64,000 bases of DNA from an uncultured delta proteobacterium. Its GTDB lineage: Bacteria > Desulfobacterota > RBG-13-43-22. The stretch covers positions 1,056,001-1,120,000 of the forward strand of contig CAWBOS010000010.1 in the NCBI GenBank assembly GCA_963790475.1, in the 5' to 3' direction. Below are positions 40,411 through 49,276 of the stretch, piece after piece. The notes beneath the pieces are model-generated. The model searched no databases. It was not told the origin of the DNA and saw only the letters and a list, made by a program, of their open reading frames with translations. Positions within the stretch are counted from its first letter, which is position 1. Each line of letters starts with the position of its first letter. A program made the position numbers and the translations under genes.

Positions 40411-41454
40411 GTGAGCACTTTGACTAATCCAATTGTCCAGGAAGATATTGAATTTGTCTTCAAGATAGTTGGAAGCGATCTTAACCGCTTACAAGGCAAG
40501 CGAGTATTGATTACTGGCGGAACGGGTTTCATTGGCACGTGGCTATTGGAAACGATCTCTTGGTTAAATAAAAATTCCAATCGACCATGTAAAGTCTATG
40601 TCCCAACCCGAACCCCTGAGGCATTTGCCCGTAAGGTGCCCCATCTGGCCTCAAATCCTGAAATCGTTTTGTTCTCAGGAGACATAGCCGATTTTAAGTA
40701 TCCAGATGATGACTTTACTTTTATAATTCATGCAGCAGCCCCAGGGGAACCAAGAGTTTTAAATCATGATTCTCTTGGAGTGGCAGAAACCATAGTCAGG
40801 GGAACGCGCCGAGTATTAGAACTGGCCACACAAAAAAATGTTGAAGGGTTTTTATTTGTCAGTTCCGGGGCGGTATATGGGGTGCAACCACCTGATTTGG
40901 AGAGAATTCCTGAGGATTATCTTGGTGCGCCAGATGTTACGAATATCCTGTCGGCGTATGGCGAAGCCAAACGATATGCAGAAATGCTTTGTACCCTATA
41001 CCATCACGTGCATGGTCTCCCTATCCATATAGCTCGCCTCTTTACTTTCGTTGGACCTTACCAGGACCTAAATGCCGGATTTGCAATAACAGATTTTATG
41101 CGTGATGGCCTGTGGGGGAAACCTTTAATGATTCACGGCGATGGGACAACGATGCGTTCATATTGCTATGCTGCAGATTTGACTGCGATGTTATGGAAGA
41201 TCTTGCTGCAAAGTCCTATTGGGCGGGTTTATAATGTGGGGTCGGATGAATCAATATCAATTTTGGAACTGGCCAATAAGGTTGTTTCTTTTCTGGATGC
41301 TCCTGTGGAGACGGTAGTTATGTTGAAACCAGACATGAAATCCAAGCCGGCTCGTTACGTGCCCGACATTGATCGAGGAAAAACAGAATTAGGTATAAAT
41401 ATTTGTACGGATATTGACAGAGCAATTCAACGGTCCCTATCATGGATGAAGTAG
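40411..41454 (+). CDS. NAD-dependent epimerase/dehydratase/reductase
   Basis: ITGGTGFIG, SSGAVYG, YGEAK and GDGTTMRSY motifs. Confidence 0.85.
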   Translation: MSTLTNPIVQEDIEFVFKIVGSDLNRLQGKRVLITGGTGFIGTWLLETISWLNKNSNRPCKVYVPTRTPEAFARKVPHLASNPEIVLFSGDIADFKYPDDDFTFIIHAAAPGEPRVLNHDSLGVAETIVRGTRRVLELATQKNVEGFLFVSSGAVYGVQPPDLERIPEDYLGAPDVTNILSAYGEAKRYAEMLCTLYHHVHGLPIHIARLFTFVGPYQDLNAGFAITDFMRDGLWGKPLMIHGDGTTMRSYCYAADLTAMLWKILLQSPIGRVYNVGSDESISILELANKVVSFLDAPVETVVMLKPDMKSKPARYVPDIDRGKTELGINICTDIDRAIQRSLSWMK

Positions 41455-41489
41455 AGTTATTACAATTATAATCGGGGGCTTTAAAAGTC

Positions 41490-42431
41490 ATGAGTCTTGA
41501 ATTAAAACTAATCAGCGTCGTTACGGCCTGTTTCAATGAAGAAGAAAATGTAAAAGTACTCTATGAACAGATAAAGGCTGTATTTATCGATTTACCACAA
41601 TATGAATATGAACACATCTTTATCGATAATGCGTCAAAGGACAGAACCGTTGCAATTCTTAAGGAAATCGCACAAAAAGATCATAAGGTTAAAATCATTG
41701 TGAATACCCGCAATTTTGGCCATATTCGTTCACCCTATTATGCATTGATGCAGGCAAGGGGTGATGCAGTAATCAGTATCGTTGCCGATCTGCAGGACCC
41801 GCCCAACATGATCAAAGAATTTATCAAGAAATGGGAAGAAGGTTACAAGATCGTTATCGGTGTCAAGACGCAAAGTGAAGAATCTCAGATTTTTTTTGCT
41901 ATTCGCAAGGCGTATTACAATCTTGTCGGTCGCCTATCTGAGATAGAATTGATTAAAAATTTTACCGGATTCGGTTTGTATGACCAAAAAGTGATTGAGA
42001 CCCTGCGTAGTATTGAAGATCCCTATCCTTATTTCCGTGGATTAATCTGTGATATTGGCTTTGAAAGGGCCGTTATCGAGTATGTTCAGCCCTCACGAAA
42101 AAGGGGGTTGACAAAAAATAATTTTTATACTTTGTACGATATGGCCATGCTGGGGATTACCAACCATTCAAAAGTTCCCCTCAGGATCGCGACGATGACA
42201 GGTTTTATTGTAGCGCTTATAAGCCTGGTGGTAGCACTAGGGTATTTTGGGTACAAATTGATTTTCTGGGATAAATTTCAAGTCGGGATAGCGCCACTGG
42301 TCATCGGTCTGTTTTTCTTTTCCTCCGTCCAGTTGTTTTTTGTCGGCATTATTGGAGAATATGTCGGAGCTATCCATACACAGGTGTTGAGAAGGCCTTT
42401 GGTCGTGGAAAAAGAGAGAGTGAACTTTTAG
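41490..42431 (+). CDS. GtrB-like GT2 polyprenol-phosphate glycosyltransferase
   Basis: FNEEEN, IDNASKD, RNFGH, ADLQDPP, two C-terminal TM helices and GEYVG..RP. Confidence 0.9.
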   Translation: MSLELKLISVVTACFNEEENVKVLYEQIKAVFIDLPQYEYEHIFIDNASKDRTVAILKEIAQKDHKVKIIVNTRNFGHIRSPYYALMQARGDAVISIVADLQDPPNMIKEFIKKWEEGYKIVIGVKTQSEESQIFFAIRKAYYNLVGRLSEIELIKNFTGFGLYDQKVIETLRSIEDPYPYFRGLICDIGFERAVIEYVQPSRKRGLTKNNFYTLYDMAMLGITNHSKVPLRIATMTGFIVALISLVVALGYFGYKLIFWDKFQVGIAPLVIGLFFFSSVQLFFVGIIGEYVGAIHTQVLRRPLVVEKERVNF

Positions 42432-42444
42432 TAACCCACATTAT

Positions 42445-42645
42445 TCAAACCGCAACCCTGGCCATGTGGAATTTTTATGCCTTCTCAAGTAAAGAAACCT
42501 CAGTTACCCACGGTTGGCTCAAGCCGATGTTGATGTTTTGCACCGAAATCCGGATTGCGTTTTTTGGAAATAAGCATTTTTTCCCCGGGACAGTAAAATT
42601 GCACCACTACGGTATAGCCTTCGATGTCAACGGCCTCCCTTGCTT
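42445..42645 (+). pseudogene. Degenerate GT2 fragment, paralogous to about 44965-45175
   Basis: Shares ttatgccttctcaa, cggttggctcaagccgatg, aaaattgca.cact.cggtat.gcctt.gatg and aacggcct.cc with the downstream GT gene. Confidence 0.8.
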
Positions 42646-43050
42646 TAGTCTTTTTAGAGGTTGGAAGATTATTCCGGCCACCTAACCAAGGGAGAAGCCT
42701 GGCCACAGAATGGCCGGGGCAAGCAAGTAGGGTGCCGGCTGGCTATCGGCGGCGGTAGCTAATCCTGAGTGAAACAAATTTTAAACCTGTAGACCGGATG
42801 ATGAGTTAAAAATCAGGTTAATAAATTAATAGCTTTCGATTTATAAAAAAAACTAACCTCTAACCTATTAATTCAAAGGTCTCATAAAATCGGTGGTGAA
42901 AACTTCCATTTTAACCGATCCCGCGAATATATGAAAAAACTGGGGTGGGTCCTCTGGTTGAACTCCTTGACAAATCATACCATCTATGGTTTAAGGTCAA
43001 CAAACTTTTAAGTTAGCGCGATTTATAAAAAGGATTACGAATCAAAAAGC

Positions 43051-43881
43051 ATGAATAGGAATCAACCCTTACCAGAATATGACTCGGCGCAGCATCGATC
43101 GCCGATTATTTCAGAATTAAGAGAGCTCCTGAACTACCGGGGCCTTTTGCGCCTGTATATTTCCCAAAGCATCAAGACTCGTTATAAACGATCTATGCTG
43201 GGTGTGGTCTGGACTTTGCTCAATCCCCTTTTAAATATGGCTGTTCTAACCCTTGCCTTTGCTGCTCTTTTTCGCTTCTCCTTAAAAAATTATCCCATAT
43301 ACTTACTGACCGGCCTGGTTTTCTGGAATTTCTTCTCCCAGACAACTGCGACGGCCATGGATAGACTCATTTGGGGCTCTGGCATTCTCAAGCGGATCTA
43401 TATTCCCCGGACAATCTTTTCGATTTCGGAGGTTGGGACAGGATTAGTCAATCTTTTTTTGGCCATGGTTCCCTTAGCTATTATTATGTTGATAATGGGA
43501 CACCCTTTTCGATTGGCTTTATTGTTTTTACCGGTATCGATTTTTATAATCGCCCTGTTCACCCTGGGTATGGCTTTGTTGGTTTCCACCTTGGCCTTGT
43601 TTTTTGTGGACGTGAGCGAAATGTACAAAATCTTGCTCTCGGCCTGGTTTTATATGACCCCGATAATTTATCCAATGAATATTATCCCCAAGAAATACAT
43701 GTGGTATATCAAGCTTAATCCGATGAACCATTTGGTCGAGTTATTCCGATCCCCAATTTATTCCGGTAGGTTGCCGGATTTAAATACGATGATTATCGCC
43801 GCTATTATGGCGATATCCTCTTTGTTCGTGGGATTGTGGGTATTTTCCAGAAAGGTCGATGAATTTGCATACCGAATTTAA
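43051..43881 (+). CDS. wzm: ABC transporter permease for O-antigen/glycan export
   Basis: KTRYKRSMLG..WTLLNPLL, FYMTPIIYP and LNPM...ELFR motifs; about six TM segments. Confidence 0.93.
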   Translation: MNRNQPLPEYDSAQHRSPIISELRELLNYRGLLRLYISQSIKTRYKRSMLGVVWTLLNPLLNMAVLTLAFAALFRFSLKNYPIYLLTGLVFWNFFSQTTATAMDRLIWGSGILKRIYIPRTIFSISEVGTGLVNLFLAMVPLAIIMLIMGHPFRLALLFLPVSIFIIALFTLGMALLVSTLALFFVDVSEMYKILLSAWFYMTPIIYPMNIIPKKYMWYIKLNPMNHLVELFRSPIYSGRLPDLNTMIIAAIMAISSLFVGLWVFSRKVDEFAYRI

Positions 43882-44656
43882 CACGAGGCAGATACCTGCC
43901 AGCTCTCCTTATTGGGCTGACTCAATGATTCAGTTGGAGAATGTCTCGATAAGGTTTCGGATACCCCATGAACGAATACCCTCCATTAAGGAATATGCGA
44001 TTCGCCGCTTGCGGCGAAGCATTACTTACCATGATTTCTGGGCCTTGCGCCATATCAATTTAGAAGTCCATCACGGCGAGATATTTGGGATTGTCGGCCC
44101 CAACGGGGCTGGAAAAAGCACACTTCTTAAAGTGGTGTCCCGGGTCTTACGCCCGACAGAAGGTCGAATCCGGACTCGTGGCCGTGTAGCTCCTTTATTG
44201 GAATTAGGCGCTGGATTTGATTTTGAGCTAACCGGCCGGGAGAATATTTTTTTCAATGGAGCCATCCTTGGGTTTACTCATAAAGATTTAGAAGCCCGCC
44301 TGGAACGAATTATTGACTTTGCCGGACTTCAAGAGTTCATAAACTCTCCCATGCGAACCTACTCAACGGGCATGGTCGCTCGCCTCGGATTTTCAGTAGC
44401 CACCGATGTTCAACCAGACATTCTAATTATTGATGAGATCTTGTCGGTCGGCGATGAAGAGTTTCAACAAAAATCGGCCGCCCGAATAAAGTCATTTGGC
44501 CAGAACGGGACAACGATCTTTTTGGTATCCCATAGCCTTGAAACGGTCCAGACCATCTGTACAAGAGCAGCTTGGCTATCTCATGGGGAATTAAAGTCCG
44601 TTGGCGACGCCAGGAAGGTGGTCAAATCATATCAAAACGATACCGCCGCCGGATAA
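43859..44656 (+). CDS. wzt: ABC transporter ATPase without a C-terminal carbohydrate-binding domain
   Basis: FWAL, GPNGAGKST, ELTGRENI, YSTGM..RL.F, IIDE..VGD and VSH motifs; ends shortly after the NBD. Confidence 0.93.
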   Translation: MNLHTEFNTRQIPASSPYWADSMIQLENVSIRFRIPHERIPSIKEYAIRRLRRSITYHDFWALRHINLEVHHGEIFGIVGPNGAGKSTLLKVVSRVLRPTEGRIRTRGRVAPLLELGAGFDFELTGRENIFFNGAILGFTHKDLEARLERIIDFAGLQEFINSPMRTYSTGMVARLGFSVATDVQPDILIIDEILSVGDEEFQQKSAARIKSFGQNGTTIFLVSHSLETVQTICTRAAWLSHGELKSVGDARKVVKSYQNDTAAG

Positions 44657-44750
44657 CCTCGCTCTAATAATAACTGAATTACCTGAAGATTCCATATTGA
44701 ATTTAATCCATCTCGATTCAGAGTTATCTTTGTCTTCAAGCGAAAATTCT

Positions 44751-47700
44751 ATGCCGGTCGTTTCCATCCTCATCCCCTTTATTAACTGTCAGGAGATGAC
44801 CAAGCCCTGTTTGCAATCCTTACTCAGCCATACCGACGGGATAGCTTATGAAATTATTTTGGTGGATGATGCCGGTGATGAACCCCTGGACTTCTCTTGG
44901 AAAACTCCGACCTCCCCTATCCGGATAATCCGTACTCAGGTTCGAAAAAATTTCAGTGTCAACAACAATCAGGCGGCCGCCCTGGCCCGGGGGAAATTCT
45001 TATGCCTTCTCAATAATGATACGCTGGTTACACCCGGTTGGCTCAAGCCGATGGTTGATATTTTGCGTCGCACTCCGGACATCGGGGTCTTGGGAAACAA
45101 ACAGCTTTTTCCCGGAACGGAAAAATTGCAACACTGCGGTATGGCCTTTGATGATAACGGCCTGCCCTGGCATTTACATCCCCGTACCGACCCTTCCCTT
45201 CCGGCTGTCAATTATCAGCGGGACTTGCCGGACGTCGCCTTTGCCTGTCGTCAAGCTTTGGAGGAAGAAAATAAGAAACTGTTTTTAGCCAAGTGGCAGG
45301 GGAAAATCGAACCGGACCTGAACCGAATAACCCAGGAAGACCAGGACTACAATCGAAGACAAATGGAGCGACCCCGCCATCGTCCTCCTCTGGAACCGGG
45401 GGTGCACCTGGCCATTGACCTCAGTCAGGCCGATGACTTTACCTGGACTGGTGTCGATTTGGCCTTGACGCTACATCAATTCGGAGAGCCGGTTACCCTG
45501 CTCCACGGCTCACTTAACCGGAACATAGAACCTCATAAAGCCCGAATCCTTCATAGTCTGATGACCAAAAACCCGAATAAACGGTTCCAGATAAAATGGT
45601 CCCATTATTCGCCCAGGCATTTAAACCAGTCACTTAATGGGGAAATAAATGCCGAGATTTTTTGTACCAATTACCGCTATCGTCCTGAAGGCAGAATTCT
45701 TGATTTTTGGATGCGTCATGTCCAGGTTAACGGCTATCGTAAGCTTCCGGTTGCATCCTTTAACCAGGAGGCCCTCCTGGAAATCGGAGTCCATCCGGAA
45801 GATTGTGCGATTATGCCTTTGGGCTATTCACCGGAGATCGATCTCATTTATCCGGAAGGGCGCCCTGCTCCTTCGCCTTCCTCTTCTGATCTCAATATTT
45901 TGGTGGTCACTAATTCTCATGATCCATATCGCTACGGGACGGACCTCCTGATCCAGGCCTTAGGACGAGTCTTTGGTCAGGATGACCCGGTTGTGGTGCA
46001 TATTAAAGATTATGGGGGGATCCAGGGAAACGATATTCTGAACCAGTGCATCCAGGCGCAGGACCATTTTCCAAGGGTAATATGGCATCGTCAATTCTTG
46101 ACAAAAGGCGATCTGATCCGCCTTTATGCGGAAATGGACATCCTGGTGGCCCCATTCCGTGGCGAAGGGTTTGGAATGGACCTCCTGGATGCCATGGCTC
46201 TCGGTCTTCCGGTTCTCCTCCCGGCCTTTGGCGGACCGACTGATTTCATCCTTGAGGGCGCTTACCTGCCCTTAATGTTCGATGAAGTGGCTGTGGGTGA
46301 ATGCCGGGATCGGCGTCTTTTTTTCCTCGGAGAAGGAACTTACTGGTGTCAGACAAGACTGGAAGATTTAATCAACCAACTGCGGTCCCTTCCTAATCGG
46401 CGCGAGGAAATCTCGGCTGTGGGGCTGAAAAGCAGAGATTATGTCCACAAAAGGTTTACCTGGTTCAACACCGCCGATCGACTCATGAAATCGCTGCGCA
46501 GTTGGGAACAAGAAAGGACGGGCAGGGTGAGCGTCCGGCGGGGTCCTGATACCTTTCCTCTATCGGTCATCATACCAACGCGAGACCGGAAAGAGATCTT
46601 GAGCCAAACCTTAAATGCCTATCGGAAACAAACTTTGCCGGTCGATCAATTTGAAATGGTGCTGGTCAATGACCATGGTGATCCGGAGAAATTGAAATCC
46701 TTGCTCCAGGCCAACCCGGTTTCTTTTCCGGTCCGCGTGCTGGAAAACAAGGGACCGGAGGGCCCGGCAGCCGCGCGTAATCTGGCCATCGAGCAGTCCC
46801 GTGGCGAAATTTTGCTGATCACCGGTGATGACATTATCCCAGACATCCATTATCTTCAGGAACATCTGGACGGCCACAAACGCTTTCCACAACTGGAATC
46901 GGCGCTGGTTGGGCTGACCCTCTGGCATCCCGATCTCCAAATAACACCCTTCATGGAGATCATTACCGGCAAGAAAGGACAGCAATTCGACTATACCGGG
47001 TTAAAACATAATCATGAAGTTTCCCCTAACCGTTTCTTTACCTCCAACGTCTCCCTTAAAAGGGCTTTTTTAATTGAAGAAGAGGGTCTCTTCAGCACCC
47101 ACTTTCGTTACGCCGCTTATGAAGATATTGAATTGGCTTTTCGGCTGCACCAACGGGGGATGGTATTAAAGTACATCGAAACCGCCAAAGGATATCACTA
47201 CCACCCTACCACCTTCCGGGCCTTTGTTGAACGCCAAAGGAAAGTGGGACGTATGCTGACCCTTTTTGTTTTACATCACCCCTCTTTTGATCCTTATGAA
47301 CACCTCCCCTTTTTGCGGGCACTGGAGTTTCTCCGCAGCAGCCGATACAAACCTCAAATTCCAGGAAACCAGGCCGGACAGATGGAAAAACTGCTTGAGG
47401 CCCTGACGGCTTCCTATGAAGCCGCGCTTGAATTCACTGGCCTACTGAAAATCCCTCAGGGACGGGACATAGCAGATAGCGATGCCCGCCGGTGGCAACG
47501 ATGGTTACATCAGGGAGGAAATCCGACCTGGGAAGTGATCAATGAGCTGTTACTGCGCTCCGGTATGGCCGAGGAATGGGCTTCTAATGAAAAGGAAGCC
47601 GAAGAGCTAAAAGACTGGCTCCTGATGGTCATTTTGCCACGGTACCTGGGACCAAGCGGAATCTATTCTATGTTTCCTTTTACCAAACCGGACTTAGCTA

Positions 47701-47846
47701 CCAGATTGTCCAATTCCAGGATCATCTTTTGGACGGCCGAGGGCCTCCGAAAAATCCCTTATTCAAGAGTTGGTTTTCAGTGGATTAAGAACAGTCGAGC
47801 TGGACAGGCCCTGAAAGCCAAACTGAAAAAAATAATCCAAAGGTAA
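44751..47846 (+). CDS. Multidomain glycosyltransferase GT2(partial)-GT4-GT2
   Basis: LVDDAG/LLNND, then PFRGEGFG...AMALG, then IIPTRDR, TGDD and YEDIEL..RL. The ORF is open from a TTG at 44601; ATG 44751 is preferred. Confidence 0.85.
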   Translation: MPVVSILIPFINCQEMTKPCLQSLLSHTDGIAYEIILVDDAGDEPLDFSWKTPTSPIRIIRTQVRKNFSVNNNQAAALARGKFLCLLNNDTLVTPGWLKPMVDILRRTPDIGVLGNKQLFPGTEKLQHCGMAFDDNGLPWHLHPRTDPSLPAVNYQRDLPDVAFACRQALEEENKKLFLAKWQGKIEPDLNRITQEDQDYNRRQMERPRHRPPLEPGVHLAIDLSQADDFTWTGVDLALTLHQFGEPVTLLHGSLNRNIEPHKARILHSLMTKNPNKRFQIKWSHYSPRHLNQSLNGEINAEIFCTNYRYRPEGRILDFWMRHVQVNGYRKLPVASFNQEALLEIGVHPEDCAIMPLGYSPEIDLIYPEGRPAPSPSSSDLNILVVTNSHDPYRYGTDLLIQALGRVFGQDDPVVVHIKDYGGIQGNDILNQCIQAQDHFPRVIWHRQFLTKGDLIRLYAEMDILVAPFRGEGFGMDLLDAMALGLPVLLPAFGGPTDFILEGAYLPLMFDEVAVGECRDRRLFFLGEGTYWCQTRLEDLINQLRSLPNRREEISAVGLKSRDYVHKRFTWFNTADRLMKSLRSWEQERTGRVSVRRGPDTFPLSVIIPTRDRKEILSQTLNAYRKQTLPVDQFEMVLVNDHGDPEKLKSLLQANPVSFPVRVLENKGPEGPAAARNLAIEQSRGEILLITGDDIIPDIHYLQEHLDGHKRFPQLESALVGLTLWHPDLQITPFMEIITGKKGQQFDYTGLKHNHEVSPNRFFTSNVSLKRAFLIEEEGLFSTHFRYAAYEDIELAFRLHQRGMVLKYIETAKGYHYHPTTFRAFVERQRKVGRMLTLFVLHHPSFDPYEHLPFLRALEFLRSSRYKPQIPGNQAGQMEKLLEALTASYEAALEFTGLLKIPQGRDIADSDARRWQRWLHQGGNPTWEVINELLLRSGMAEEWASNEKEAEELKDWLLMVILPRYLGPSGIYSMFPFTKPDLATRLSNSRIIFWTAEGLRKIPYSRVGFQWIKNSRAGQALKAKLKKIIQR

Positions 47847-47879
47847 GATCCTGGAAATCAAGGCGACCGGCCTTAATCT

Positions 47880-49274
47880 ATGAAGCTCCCATTTATTTCG
47901 ATCATTATTGTCAATTACAATGGCGCCCATTTCTTGCCTGCCTGTTTAGACGCCCTGCGTAACCAGAGCTACCCTTCGAATCGTTTCGAGGTGATCATTT
48001 CTGATAATGGATCCACTGATGACTCTCTAACCTTAATTGGAAACCGATATTCATGGGTCCGCATTTTGAGTAATGAGCGCAATTTAGGCTTTGCTTCAGG
48101 AAATAATGTCGCCATCAAATCGAGCCGAGGAAAGCATATCGTCTTGCTCAACAATGATACCATCCCCTCACCCACTTGGTTGGAAAACCTGGTGAAGCCT
48201 ATTGAAAATGATAATCAGGCCGGAATGATTACCAGTCGACTGCAATTGCTCCATGACCAACTTGTCCTCACACTCCAGGTAGAACCTCTCAGCCCGGAAA
48301 ACGATAATCGTGAATCGGGGATTCAGGTATTCGGGGTCGATAGCCAAGCCCCTAAGGGGGTAGTTCAATATCTTGACGGATTCTATGGCTGGGAATCCGA
48401 TCTCTCAGGGAATCAATTCCGCCGGACTAGCACCGTAGCCCATCTCGGCATACCAGTACCCGAAGGGAATGGCGATTGGAGCCTTCGGTTGTGTTTAGCG
48501 GCAGGTGAACCCTCCGGAAGGAAAACTCGGGTGAAAGTGACCGTCGAAGACCAGCTTCTTACCCAATGGACGGTGGCTGGCAGGGAATCCATTGATTATA
48601 ACCTGCCCCTGGCTTCAGCAACCAGAAATCTGGCCATCCCGTTAGTACAAAATGCCGGTTCCTATATTTTTAAAAATGGGAGCGGCCGGGACCGCGGGAC
48701 ATTTGTCCGCAATGGCGAGGCCTACTACGAAACAGATGATGGCCAATATAATCAAATAGAAGAAGTCTTCGCCGGATGCGGGGCCGGTTTATTAATCCGG
48801 AGAGCCCTGTTAGAAGATATAGGTTTTTTGGACGATGATTTTTTTATGTATTATGAAGATATGGATTTATCCTGGCGGGCACGACTACGAGGCTGGAAGG
48901 TTCTATACGCCCCCCAGGCAATAGTACGCCATGTTCATTGTGGAACGTCAGGGGAATGGTCACCCCTATTCCTCTACCATGTTGATCGTAATCGGTTAGC
49001 CATGTTATTTAAGAATGGAACTTGGAGCCAAATTGGATTGGAATGGGGCAAATATATAACCCGGGTAATCACAGAAACCATGAGGATGCTGTATTCCCTG
49101 GTAAGGATGCGAAGAAATCGGCCTGTGCCTGTTCGACAGGCGATTATTCAGTATCGTGTTCTATGGGCCTTATTGAAATGGTTACCGGGCCTGTGGGTTA
49201 AACGGCAACAGATTCAGAAGAGGCGCAAGGTGCCTGAAAAAAAAATTACGGTTTGGTATGCGAATCAGGAATAA
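47880..49274 (+). CDS. GT2 (rhamnosyltransferase-like) with an internal beta-domain insertion
   Basis: IIVNYNG, DNGSTD, LLNND, then an inserted GFYGWE domain, then FFMYYEDMDLSWR. Confidence 0.85.
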   Translation: MKLPFISIIIVNYNGAHFLPACLDALRNQSYPSNRFEVIISDNGSTDDSLTLIGNRYSWVRILSNERNLGFASGNNVAIKSSRGKHIVLLNNDTIPSPTWLENLVKPIENDNQAGMITSRLQLLHDQLVLTLQVEPLSPENDNRESGIQVFGVDSQAPKGVVQYLDGFYGWESDLSGNQFRRTSTVAHLGIPVPEGNGDWSLRLCLAAGEPSGRKTRVKVTVEDQLLTQWTVAGRESIDYNLPLASATRNLAIPLVQNAGSYIFKNGSGRDRGTFVRNGEAYYETDDGQYNQIEEVFAGCGAGLLIRRALLEDIGFLDDDFFMYYEDMDLSWRARLRGWKVLYAPQAIVRHVHCGTSGEWSPLFLYHVDRNRLAMLFKNGTWSQIGLEWGKYITRVITETMRMLYSLVRMRRNRPVPVRQAIIQYRVLWALLKWLPGLWVKRQQIQKRRKVPEKKITVWYANQE

Positions 49275-49276
49275 CG

